In this document: positions 30,538 to 39,022 of the stretch, piece by piece
How the letters are laid out: each line of letters starts with the position of its first letter
How positions within the stretch are numbered: the stretch's first letter is position 1
Origin: Planctomycetota bacterium
GTDB lineage: Bacteria; Planctomycetota; UBA1135; UBA2386
Direction: 5' to 3'
Length of the DNA stretch: 64,000 nt
NCBI GenBank assembly: GCA_046290465.1
Contig: JBKAGP010000001.1
Coordinates: forward strand, 2,816,001-2,880,000
Notes under the pieces: generated by a model
Told to the model about the DNA's origin: nothing
The model's database searches: none
The model's input: only the letters and a program-made list of their open reading frames with translations
Translations under genes and position numbers: made by a program

Positions 30538-31437
30538 ATGAAGACCATCCAGATGTTCGCCTGCGCCACGGCGCTGCTCGCCGCCAACGCCGTCGCCCAA
30601 GGCCCGACGGACAGCCCGACGATCGTCGACGTCGCCGCCAAGGCCGGCAAGTTCAACACGCTGCTGGCCGCCGCCAAGGCCGCCGGCCTCGCCGACACCC
30701 TGGCCGGCAAGGGGCCGTTCACGGTGTTCGCGCCGACCGACGCCGCCTTCGCCAAGCTCGGCAAGGACACGATCGCCGACCTGCTGAAGCCGGAGAACAA
30801 GGACAAGCTCGCCGGCATCCTGACCTACCACGTCGTCGCCGGAAAGTTCACGGCCGCCAAGGTCGTCGGCATGAAGAGCGCGCAGACGGTGCAGGGTGCG
30901 CCGCTGTCGATCGTCGTCAAGAACGGCAAGGTCAAGGTCGCGGACGCCAACGTCGTCAAGACCGACGTGATGGCCAGCAACGGCGTGATCCACGTCATCG
31001 ACTCGGTCATGCTGCCGCCGGAGCCGAACCTGGTCGAGGTCGCCGCCAAGGCCGGCACGTTCAAGACGCTGCTGACCGCCGCCAAGGCCGCCGGCCTCGC
31101 CGACACGCTTGCCAACGGCGGGCCGTTCACGATCTTCGCCCCGACCGACGAGGCGTTCGCCAAGGTCGGCCAGGCGACGATCGCCGACCTGCTCCGCCCG
31201 GAGAACAAGAAGAAGCTGCAGGCGATCCTGAAGCACCACGTGGTCGCGGGTTCGGTCATGTCGGCCACCGCCGTCAAGCTCAGCGAGGCCAAGACGCTCA
31301 ACGGCACCAAGCTGCCGCTGAAGTACGACGCCAAGACCAAGACGCTGCGCGTCGGCGCCGGCAAGGTGGTCGCCGCGGACGTCAAGGCCCGCAACGGCGT
31401 CATCCACGTCGTCGATACGGTCCTGCTGCCCAACTGA
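30538..31437 (+). CDS. Secreted tandem fasciclin (FAS1 x2) protein
   Basis: Signal peptide; two repeats of GPFT(V/I)FAPTD.AF...IL..HVV...NGVIHV(I/V)D.V; RBS AGGAG. Confidence 0.95.
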   Translation: MKTIQMFACATALLAANAVAQGPTDSPTIVDVAAKAGKFNTLLAAAKAAGLADTLAGKGPFTVFAPTDAAFAKLGKDTIADLLKPENKDKLAGILTYHVVAGKFTAAKVVGMKSAQTVQGAPLSIVVKNGKVKVADANVVKTDVMASNGVIHVIDSVMLPPEPNLVEVAAKAGTFKTLLTAAKAAGLADTLANGGPFTIFAPTDEAFAKVGQATIADLLRPENKKKLQAILKHHVVAGSVMSATAVKLSEAKTLNGTKLPLKYDAKTKTLRVGAGKVVAADVKARNGVIHVVDTVLLPN

Positions 31438-31491
31438 TCCGCCAATGAGGACGGCGACGTGTCCGCGACGAATCCCTTGTGTGCCGCCGGT

Positions 31492-31518
31492 TCTCGACCT
31501 GTAATCAACAGGTCGAGA
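31492..31518. promoter_or_regulatory. Perfect 11-bp inverted repeat just upstream of the sigma gene
   Basis: TCTCGACCTGT-AATCA-ACAGGTCGAGA, 9 nt before ATG 31528. Confidence 0.6.
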
Positions 31519-31527
31519 CCCCGCACG

Positions 31528-32094
31528 ATGCAAAGCTTGCTCCCACAGATCGCAACTGGTGACCCAGCTGCCGTCGAGGCATTCCTCAAACGGCACTCGG
31601 GCATGGTCTGGGGACTGGCCCGCCGCTTCTGCCGCAATGCGGAGGACGCGGAGGACGCCACCCAGGAGATCTTCGTCGACGTCTGGCGCAGCGCCGCCCG
31701 CTACGACGAGAACGCCGGCAGTGAAGTCACGTTCTTGATGACGATCGCGCGGCGACGGTTGATCGACCGCGCGCGTCGCCTCGGTCGGCGGATCTCCGCC
31801 GACCTGCTCGAAGACCCGACCACGATCGCCAGCCCGGCATCCAAGGACCAGGTCGAGCTGCACGACGAAGTCGCCCGTGCCCAGGACGCGCTCGAGAAGC
31901 TGCGTCCCGAGCAGCGGGAAGTGCTCGATCTGGCGCTCGGTCAGGGTCGCACCCATCAAGAGATCGCCGCATCGATCGGCATCCCGCTAGGAACCGTCAA
32001 GAGCCACGCACGGCGTGGCCTCATCAAGCTGCGCGAAATGCTCGGCGTAGATCCCAACGACACGAACCAGGACCAAGGTGGAGGTACGCGATGA
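31528..32094 (+). CDS. ECF sigma factor (SigK-like)
   Basis: DAEDATQEIFVDVWRSAARYD, IARRRLIDR, THQEIAASIGIPLGTVKS..RRGL. Confidence 0.92.
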   Translation: MQSLLPQIATGDPAAVEAFLKRHSGMVWGLARRFCRNAEDAEDATQEIFVDVWRSAARYDENAGSEVTFLMTIARRRLIDRARRLGRRISADLLEDPTTIASPASKDQVELHDEVARAQDALEKLRPEQREVLDLALGQGRTHQEIAASIGIPLGTVKSHARRGLIKLREMLGVDPNDTNQDQGGGTR

Positions 32095-32816
32095 GCAAGC
32101 TCGAAGAGCTGGCTGAAGCGATCGTCTTCGCCCACGAAACCGACCAGACGAACACGGCGGAGACCACCGAGTCCCGCGAGCTCGAACGCATCGCGGCGCT
32201 GGCCGCCGGCGCGTTCAGCCACGCGGCCCCGGCCCCGTCCTCGCTGGCCTCGAAGCTCGCCGCGGACGCGCTCGCGTTCTGCGCCGCGCAGAAGGCCCCG
32301 GCACCGCAGGAGCCGCCCGGCTTCACGACCCCGCGTCCCGGCCAGGGGGGCAGGATCCTGTCGTTCGTGCTCGGCGCGGCCGCCGCCAGCATGCTGCTGT
32401 GGTTCACGGTGCTGTCGCCATACGAGGAGACCCTGTCCGAGATGCGCGCCGAGGCACTGGCCAACCAGGTCGCGATGCAGCAGCAGTGGAAGCCGGGCCC
32501 GAGCCCGCTCCGCGGCGACGTCACCGGCGACGTGGTCTGGCGCCAGAACGAACAGGACGGCTGGCTGACGTTCCGCAACCTGCCGGTGCTGCCGGCGGAC
32601 AAGGCCTACCAGCTGTGGATCGTCGACGGCGAACGTGAAGGTGCCCCGGTCGACGGTGGCGTGTTCACGATCGCGTCCGAGGACCGCGAGACGATCGTGC
32701 CGATCCAGGCGCGCCTGCCGATCGGCAAGCCGGCCGCGTTCGTGATCACGGTCGAGGACCGCAACGGCGTGGTCGTCTCCAAGCAGGAACACGTCGTCGC
32801 GATCGCGGCGTTGTAG
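32091..32816 (+). CDS. Anti-sigma factor, RskA-like
   Basis: Single TM; C-terminal NLPVLPADKAYQLWI, PVDGGVF, AFVITVE..GVV. Confidence 0.85.
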   Translation: MSKLEELAEAIVFAHETDQTNTAETTESRELERIAALAAGAFSHAAPAPSSLASKLAADALAFCAAQKAPAPQEPPGFTTPRPGQGGRILSFVLGAAAASMLLWFTVLSPYEETLSEMRAEALANQVAMQQQWKPGPSPLRGDVTGDVVWRQNEQDGWLTFRNLPVLPADKAYQLWIVDGEREGAPVDGGVFTIASEDRETIVPIQARLPIGKPAAFVITVEDRNGVVVSKQEHVVAIAAL

Positions 32817-32916
32817 GCCCGCGGCGACGCAAGTCGGCAACTCCCACTTGCGCGCCGGCCATCGCCCGGCTAGGTTCCTCCGCCCGTCGCGCTGCAAGGC
32901 GCGGCACCCGTGGTGC

Positions 32917-32992
32917 GGGTAGGTAGCTCAGTTGGTAGAGCATGGCATTGAAAATGCCAGGGTCGGCGGTTCAAATCCGCCCCTGCCCACCA
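32917..32992 (+). tRNA. tRNA-Phe (GAA); probable prophage integration site
   Basis: Acceptor stem GGGTAGG/CCTGCCC+ACCA, D-arm GCTC/GAGC, anticodon arm TGGCA-TTGAAAA-TGCCA, T-loop GGTTCAAATCC. Confidence 0.97.
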
Positions 32993-33082
32993 CCCTTTCA
33001 GGGCGGATACACAACGGGTTACGACAGCGAGCACTGTCAGCCTCCTTGCGGCCAATCTAACTTTCGGTCTAACCTGCGCCCC

Positions 33083-34201
33083 ATGACGGGAGCCAGCAAG
33101 CGGCCGAAGAAGCCCCGGAAGAAGCCGGGGATGCGATGGATCCAAGCGCGCTGGCGCGAGCGTGCGCAGCGCTGGGAGTGGCTCCCCTGCCGACGCATCG
33201 ACGGCAAGCTGGTCTGGGGCTCGAGCTACCCAACCCAGGAAGAGGCCTTCGAAGCCGCCAAGCGGATGCCCGAGGAGCACGCGCGCCACGAGCGGATCGG
33301 CGACCTCACCTTCGGCGGGGCCTGCGACAAGGCGAACCAGCAGCTGATCGCCGACGGCGGCAGCGAGCACACGCGCACCGGCTACGTCAGCCGGTTCGGC
33401 AGGTGGTTCGACATCCTCGCGAAGGATGCGCTGGTCTCGGAGATCACCAGCGAGGACATCGAGTACTTCAAGCTGCAGCGCCGCGAGAAGCACGGCGTCG
33501 CCAGCGCGACCATCAAGAAGGACCTGGTCGTCATGCAGCGGGTGTTCGACATCGCCGGCCTGACCGGCGAGCACAACCCGGTGCGCGGCGTGCGGCGGCC
33601 GAAGCCGATCGACCCCGACCGGCCGTTCCTCAGCATGAAGCAGGTCGCCGAGATCCTCGACAAGATCCGCGCGAGCAAGAAGCCCGAGCGCGAGTGGCAC
33701 GCGGTCGTCATCGCTTTCCTGGCGCTGACCGGCATGCGCGCCTACGAGCTCGAGCACCTGCGCCGGAAGAACGTCGAGACGCTCGAGGACGGCAGCTGCT
33801 GCGTCGTGCTGCAGGGTGAGAAGGGCAAGCGGATGCGGCGCGTCTACATCGCCGAGGGGTCCGCGTGGATCGCGCACGCCTTCGTCAAGGAGGCGGTCAG
33901 CGCTCCGCCGATCGCCCCGGCGACGATCGCGACGATCTGCAAGCGGTGGAAGCGAGACCTCGACCTCCCGCACCTGTCGGGGCGCGTCCTCCGCCGGACG
34001 TTCGCAACCGAGATGGATCAGCATGTCTCTCTTCGCTACCTGCAGGAGATGATGGGTCACGCGCAGATCACCACTACGCAGAAGTACGTTGGCCTTGATC
34101 AGCAACGCGCACGCGCCGCCGCCGGGCAGCTTCATCTTTCGTTGGCCGGGACCGATCGATCAGCGCCTCCCGCTCCGGACCAGTCGTCCGCCGGCGGTTG
34201 A
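33083..34201 (+). CDS. int: Tyrosine recombinase / phage integrase
   Basis: TGMRAYEL (R), GEKGK (K), RVLRRTFAT (HxxR with H->R), MGHAQITTTQKY (H, Y). Confidence 0.92.
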   Translation: MTGASKRPKKPRKKPGMRWIQARWRERAQRWEWLPCRRIDGKLVWGSSYPTQEEAFEAAKRMPEEHARHERIGDLTFGGACDKANQQLIADGGSEHTRTGYVSRFGRWFDILAKDALVSEITSEDIEYFKLQRREKHGVASATIKKDLVVMQRVFDIAGLTGEHNPVRGVRRPKPIDPDRPFLSMKQVAEILDKIRASKKPEREWHAVVIAFLALTGMRAYELEHLRRKNVETLEDGSCCVVLQGEKGKRMRRVYIAEGSAWIAHAFVKEAVSAPPIAPATIATICKRWKRDLDLPHLSGRVLRRTFATEMDQHVSLRYLQEMMGHAQITTTQKYVGLDQQRARAAAGQLHLSLAGTDRSAPPAPDQSSAGG

Positions 34202-34388
34202 GCCAGGCGAGGAACTCCGGCCAGACGATCAGGCTGACGTGGTTCTTGCCCTTGCGCAGCGTCGTCATCGTCGGCGCGCCGCGCACCGAACGCAGGAGCT
34301 TCCGCAGCTCGGCGGGGTCGTCGAACCTCGCGAACTTCGCGCACTCCTCGAGCGTGCGGAGTTCGGTCTCTTCGGTGATCTCGCTCAT
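34074..34388 (-). CDS. Putative excisionase-like DNA-binding protein
   Basis: MSEITEETELRTLEECAKF...IVWPEFLAWL, AlpA/Xis-like pattern; convergent with and overlapping int. Confidence 0.5.
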   Translation of the reverse strand: MSEITEETELRTLEECAKFARFDDPAELRKLLRSVRGAPTMTTLRKGKNHVSLIVWPEFLAWLNRRRTTGPEREALIDRSRPTKDEAARRRRVRVADQGQRTSA

Positions 34389-34555
34389 GGTCGGTTCTCC
34401 AGGTCGTCGACCTCGATGCCCTCGAGGTCCTCGGTGAACACCCACCGCTCGCCGTCGACTTCCATCGCGTGCTGCAGCGCCGCGGCGCGCATGGCGGCGG
34501 CGCCGGAGTCGAAGGCCTCGCGGAGAGCGTCCGTGGATTCGCTGGGATCACGCAC
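34385..34555 (-). CDS. Small hypothetical phage protein
   Basis: GTG 34555; its stop overlaps the next ATG (ATGA). Confidence 0.5.
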   Translation of the reverse strand: MRDPSESTDALREAFDSGAAAMRAAALQHAMEVDGERWVFTEDLEGIEVDDLENRP

Positions 34556-34766
34556 GGAGAGAAGCCTCCTCAGCTTGCTGGCGGTCCTGATCGGTGAGCG
34601 GCGCACCGCCGCGCAGCTCGGCGACCGCGTGCTCGAGCACGGGCAACAGCAGCGCGCGCAGCGATGGCCGCGGTTCGGTCACAAGCGAGGCCGCGACCTC
34701 GAGGCGCACTTCCAGCGGCATCGCGATGAGCGACTCGAACGTGACCTGGCGCTTCGTCGTGCGCAT
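34548..34766 (-). CDS. Small hypothetical phage protein
   Basis: ATG 34766 (MRTTKRQVTFESL) with GGAGG RBS and TGATG coupling. Confidence 0.55.
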   Translation of the reverse strand: MRTTKRQVTFESLIAMPLEVRLEVAASLVTEPRPSLRALLLPVLEHAVAELRGGAPLTDQDRQQAEEASLRA

Positions 34767-35119
34767 CAGCTGATCCTCCGTGAAAAATGGGCCCGCGCCG
34801 GTCTCCCTGTTGGCGCAGGCCCCACGACTCGCTCTCGATTCGCTGCGCGGCTCGCCACCGCGCCCCAGACCGCCGCGCCGACCACTCGACGACGTGACGG
34901 CAGAGAGTTCCCGAACCTGCTGAGCAGGCATGCGCCGTGGTCGGGCGGCGCGTCAGGTTCGGGCAGGCTCGCGGCGAGGGAACGTTCGCCGCCAACCCAG
35001 ATAGCTACCGGCGCCGAGCGGCTGCATCTGAGCCGCCCCGCGAACGTCCGACCGTGAGCGTCAAAGACCGCTCGGCACCGGCGCCCGGAACATCCGGGCG
35101 AATGCGTGTTGGCGCGCAT
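34766..35119 (-). CDS. Hypothetical phage protein
   Basis: TGATG coupling at both ends; low-information sequence. Confidence 0.35.
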   Translation of the reverse strand: MRANTHSPGCSGRRCRAVFDAHGRTFAGRLRCSRSAPVAIWVGGERSLAASLPEPDAPPDHGACLLSRFGNSLPSRRRVVGAAVWGAVASRAANRERVVGPAPTGRPARAHFSRRIS

Positions 35120-35754
35120 CACTGCGCCCCCATCAGCAGCGACAGCCCCTGCATCAGCCAGCCGTGGAAGCACCACAGCAGCATCACCAAGCCGACGGCG
35201 ATCGCGCCCAGCCACCCCGGCTCCGCGTCCTCGGCGCGTGCCAAGCCGGAGTTATTCTCGGTGGCACCGGACAGATCTGTCCGGTCGGCGAGGGGTGCAC
35301 GGTCTCGGCAAAGTTTCCCGAGAACCACCCACGAAACGTCACACCGACGTAACGCGGGCAAGGAACCGGCAGCTCCTGGGGTTGATGAAGGTTCGCCGGC
35401 GCGCAGCTGCACCGGATCGGCGCCGAGCGGGTAGCGCCGGCCGCTAGAGAGCCCCTTGCGCTCATTGCTATCGGCTGCTCCGGTCGCAATCAGCAACGGA
35501 GAGTCATGCACCAGAAGCTTCAGACCAGAGTCCTGAGCGCAGGTGCAGCCACCGGTCGAAGGGTGGCTGCAGGGGCGGGAATCACCGCCGCGGCGCAAGG
35601 CGCGGCGGGTTCCCTTCGTCGCTATCGGTGCCGCGCCTTCAGTGCTACCAGAAGGGCCGGGGCGCCCTTGGCGCACGCTCCCGACGATGCCTTCGACAAG
35701 CGACGTGTTCCTGTGAGAGTCGGCGGGGAGACGCAGATCGCGTTCTGCTGGCAT
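35119..35754 (-). CDS. Hypothetical protein, first gene of the leftward early operon, C-terminal TM
   Basis: Strong AGGAGG RBS 7 nt before ATG 35754; divergent from the repressor. Confidence 0.45.
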   Translation of the reverse strand: MPAERDLRLPADSHRNTSLVEGIVGSVRQGRPGPSGSTEGAAPIATKGTRRALRRGGDSRPCSHPSTGGCTCAQDSGLKLLVHDSPLLIATGAADSNERKGLSSGRRYPLGADPVQLRAGEPSSTPGAAGSLPALRRCDVSWVVLGKLCRDRAPLADRTDLSGATENNSGLARAEDAEPGWLGAIAVGLVMLLWCFHGWLMQGLSLLMGAQ

Positions 35755-35860
35755 GTGGGTCCTCCTGGTAGCACTGCCATCGCAGTACCCGCAGGATCCT
35801 ACGGATTCAATAGCTTGCTACGTGTTTTTCAGTTCAGCACCCCATCAACGCTAGGATCGC

Positions 35861-36343
35861 ATGCAGACCATGGGGCTCGACAACGACCCAGACCCGAAGG
35901 CGCTGGCGCTCAGTCGTCGCCTCAAGAGTTCGCGACGCAGAGCTGGGCTGAGCCAGAAGGAAGCCGCTGCGTACCTTGGAGTTGGCGAAAGCACAGTCGG
36001 CACCTGGGAGCGCGGCTTGGCCGAGCTTCGTGCACTGGACCTGGAGCGGTGGGCCACCATGACCAGCACCGACCCCGCCATCCTGCTCGGATGGAAGAGC
36101 GAACAGCTGGGACTGCCGATCGTCCGGTCAGAGACGACCTACTTGGTGAGACGCGACCGCGTCGAGAGAATCCGCGCAGCCAAGGACATCAGCGAACTCA
36201 GGGACCTGTTTCGACTGGGCATTGCCTTCGGGCATGCAGTCACCCCGCAAGCCGAAGAGGTCACTGCCGACGAGTGGTCACGTGTCGAGAGGTTGGTCGA
36301 GTTCCGAATCGCCGAGCTCGGCGGCATACCAGAGGACTGGTAG
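35861..36343 (+). CDS. XRE-family phage repressor (CI-like)
   Basis: RLKSSRRRAGLSQKEAAAYLGVGESTVGTWERG HTH. No recognisable S24 domain. Confidence 0.85.
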   Translation: MQTMGLDNDPDPKALALSRRLKSSRRRAGLSQKEAAAYLGVGESTVGTWERGLAELRALDLERWATMTSTDPAILLGWKSEQLGLPIVRSETTYLVRRDRVERIRAAKDISELRDLFRLGIAFGHAVTPQAEEVTADEWSRVERLVEFRIAELGGIPEDW

Positions 36344-36346
36344 CGC

Positions 36347-36841
36347 ATGTCTGAGGGCCTCGCAGGACAACGACGCGTGCGCAAGCGCCCGACGTGGCGC
36401 AAGCACGCAAGCATCGTGACGATGCTCGCACTGCTCGCCACCGCAGGTTGGACGATCGTGGGTGTCGACTGGCCATCGAAGACAGGGCGGGGCAACCCGG
36501 TCGATGCGCTGATTGCGAGCGTGCACGGCAACGGCGAGTCAGCGATCCAAGCGAACATCGAGGCCACCGACCGCGCGGTTGACTTGATCGACTCGCTTCA
36601 GCTGATCCGGGATCACGGCAACAGCCGCCGCCGGACGGAGGCCAAGCAGGGGCTCGCGCTGTTGCGAGTCGCCCTGGATGAGCCGTCGGCGACGCGCAAC
36701 GTTGAGGCCCCGGTCGACCCCTACTTCCTCTACTCCATTCAGGTCATCAAGGTGCTGCAGTCTGTCGCGAAGGACGGCACTGATCGGCAGCAGCAACAGG
36801 CTCGGATGAGCCTGGAGCGAATCCGCAAGCACCTTGGCTAG
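36347..36841 (+). CDS. Membrane-anchored protein with internal helical repeat
   Basis: One TM; repeats IDSLQLIRDHGNSRRRTEAKQGL and IKVLQSVAKDGTDRQQQQARMSL. Confidence 0.6.
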   Translation: MSEGLAGQRRVRKRPTWRKHASIVTMLALLATAGWTIVGVDWPSKTGRGNPVDALIASVHGNGESAIQANIEATDRAVDLIDSLQLIRDHGNSRRRTEAKQGLALLRVALDEPSATRNVEAPVDPYFLYSIQVIKVLQSVAKDGTDRQQQQARMSLERIRKHLG

Positions 36842-37176
36842 CTGGAGGCTTGCACGTTTGTCGAGACCGCATCAGCCAGCCCATCGTTGTCGACGACCTT
36901 CATGGTCTCGGCATCGCTCGGCACCGTCACCGTCACCTTCCCGCTGGCGTTCGTCATGACGTCCATGTGCGTGTCCTCGCCCTCTTCGTTGCGGAACGTG
37001 ATCGTGAGACTCGCCGGGGCCGGCCCGGTGTACTCGATGGTCGCGGACTGCCCTTGGACGGGCGGGGTCGGAGAGATCGTGATCGTCGGCGGATTTGCCA
37101 TGGGTCCTCCTGCAGCAAGGAGCCCCAACGATAGCACAGCACCCATCGCGAGCTTGAACATGCTCAACGCTACCAC
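36838..37176 (-). CDS. Small secreted beta-sandwich (Ig-like) protein
   Basis: Signal peptide, PTITISPTPPVQGQSATIEY, TNASGKVTVTVP. Confidence 0.6.
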   Translation of the reverse strand: MVALSMFKLAMGAVLSLGLLAAGGPMANPPTITISPTPPVQGQSATIEYTGPAPASLTITFRNEEGEDTHMDVMTNASGKVTVTVPSDAETMKVVDNDGLADAVSTNVQASS

Positions 37177-37271
37177 GCGCGCGTGCGCGCGGTCGTCGAG
37201 TTGTCTCGCTCAAACCACCAACAACCCTTAGCAGCGGCGCGGGGAAGCGCCGCGTCGAAGAAGGAGATGCG

Positions 37272-37889
37272 ATGCCTCGTCGCGACGACCCAGCCACGAA
37301 CCGTCAACGCAAGTTGATCAAGTTCGCGGGACACGAACCCGGAACCATCACCTTCTTCGAGGCATCAGACCTCATCGACCAACTGCTAAACCAACAGGGA
37401 CTGGAGGAGCGTTGGGTTCGCTACACGATCGCCACCGACGACTTCGGTCGCGACTCCGATGAGCTGAAGCCCTTCACCGAGGGCGAGCTCGAAGCGATCG
37501 ACATACCAGACGACTGGGACAGTTCGGATCGCGTCACAGCTGAGAACTTGAAGCTGATTAAGAGGCTGGTTGCCGATGAAGGCGTGTTCGACGATCCATG
37601 CCCGCGCGTCGAAGTCAGCGACCGCGAGTTCGTGTTCACCGGCCGGTTCAGCTTCGGCACGCGCAAGACATGCATCGAAGCAGCCAGCAGAAAGGGGGCC
37701 CGCTGCACGACCGGCGACGAGGTCACGATGCTGACGGACTACTTGGTTGTCGGAGAGAAGGGCAACGCCAACTACGCACACGGCAGCTGGGGCACCAAGA
37801 TCGCTGCTGCGGTGCTGTTCCGGTTCCAGTACGGACACCCAGCGATCGTCCGCGAGTCGGACTGGATCGCAGCGATGGAAGCGGCATGA
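37272..37889 (+). CDS. BRCT-domain protein
   Basis: FVFTGRF...TDYLVVG...SWGTKIAAA...IVRESDW; N-terminal PATNRQ motif; RBS AAGGAG. Confidence 0.85.
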   Translation: MPRRDDPATNRQRKLIKFAGHEPGTITFFEASDLIDQLLNQQGLEERWVRYTIATDDFGRDSDELKPFTEGELEAIDIPDDWDSSDRVTAENLKLIKRLVADEGVFDDPCPRVEVSDREFVFTGRFSFGTRKTCIEAASRKGARCTTGDEVTMLTDYLVVGEKGNANYAHGSWGTKIAAAVLFRFQYGHPAIVRESDWIAAMEAA

Positions 37890-37921
37890 CGCCGCACTGC
37901 ACTACCCCTCGGAGAAGCTAG

Positions 37922-38791
37922 ATGACCAAAAGGACCGAACCCAACGTTCTGCAGCACTCAACTGAGAAGCTAAACGAGCTGCTTCGACAGGTTGAGCAAC
38001 ATGCAGATGAAGACGTGCTACTGATCTTCGGCCCCCTCTTCGCTGATGTCGACAAGCGCGTGCGATTGGCTGTCGAGGCGATCAAGAATCGACGCGAAGG
38101 CCTGTTGATCATGCTGACCACGAACGGGGGCCTCGTAGAGATCGCAGAGCGGATCGTCAAGACCGTACGTCACCACTACGATCGCGTTCGGTTCATCATC
38201 CCCGACCGCGCCATGTCTGCAGGGACCATCCTCGCGATGTCTGGTGATGCGATCCTGATGGACTACTACTCGTGCCTTGGACCGATCGACCCACAAGTGC
38301 CGAACGCCGATGGGAACTACGTCCCCGCATTGTCCTACCTAGAGCAATACGAACGCCTGCGCCAACTGTCGCTCAACGGTCAGCTGACGACCGTCGACGC
38401 ACAGATGATGCAGAAGATGGACCTCGCCGAGTTGCACCGCTACGAGCTGCAACGCGACCTCTCTGTCAAGCTGATTCAGGACTGGCTGGTGGCCTACAAG
38501 CTCCGGGACTGGAACACAACCGAAGGCCGTGGGACGACAGTCACCCACCAGATGAAGGAGCAGCGGGCCAAGGACATTGCCGAGCAACTAAGCGACCACA
38601 AGCGATGGGGGTCTCACGGCAGAGGCATCACAATGGAGGTTCTCTGGAACGACCTAGGCCTCAAGATCGACGACTTCGGGGCCGATCAGACGCTGAGCGA
38701 CCGAGCTAGGGACTACCACGATTTCCTTCTGGACTACATCATGGGTCCGGATAGATCCTTCGTGCATTCCAACTCCTGGGGTACCCGATGA
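37922..38791 (+). CDS. SDH-family ClpP-fold serine protease
   Basis: LTTNGG, AMSAGTILAMSGDAILM, LGPIDPQ, SHGRGI. Confidence 0.88.
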   Translation: MTKRTEPNVLQHSTEKLNELLRQVEQHADEDVLLIFGPLFADVDKRVRLAVEAIKNRREGLLIMLTTNGGLVEIAERIVKTVRHHYDRVRFIIPDRAMSAGTILAMSGDAILMDYYSCLGPIDPQVPNADGNYVPALSYLEQYERLRQLSLNGQLTTVDAQMMQKMDLAELHRYELQRDLSVKLIQDWLVAYKLRDWNTTEGRGTTVTHQMKEQRAKDIAEQLSDHKRWGSHGRGITMEVLWNDLGLKIDDFGADQTLSDRARDYHDFLLDYIMGPDRSFVHSNSWGTR

Positions 38792-38997
38792 AGCACCTAA
38801 GCAAGCCAACGCTCGATGCCAACCCGATGGTCGACGTCAAGATCCTGGAGGAGGTGCAGCGCCAGAATGCGGACCTTGCCCGCGTCGGTAGCTACGACGC
38901 ACAGGCCTCCTACAAGCTTGCGCCGACGCACGAGCAGATGACTCAACAGGGCATGCAAGCGTGCTCGCGGCCGCAAGGAGCTGGCCGCGAGTCATAG
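38788..38997 (+). CDS. Small hypothetical protein coupled to the protease
   Basis: ATGA overlap with the protease stop. Confidence 0.5.
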   Translation: MKHLSKPTLDANPMVDVKILEEVQRQNADLARVGSYDAQASYKLAPTHEQMTQQGMQACSRPQGAGRES

Positions 38998-39022
38998 GGC
39001 GACACCCAGTTCGACGCAGGAC

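Noticed and set aside
32942..33082. Integrase start at 32942
   Set aside because: It lies inside tRNA-Phe; ATG 33083 with an upstream -10 box is more plausible.
35559..35590. Inverted partial echo of the tRNA-Phe 3' end (CGGCGGT..CCGCCCCTGC..CCACCCTT) as a second att site
   Set aside because: The match is broken by indels in the T-loop core, is very GC-rich, and is explained by local hairpins. It needs a statistical test and inversion-spanning reads before acceptance.
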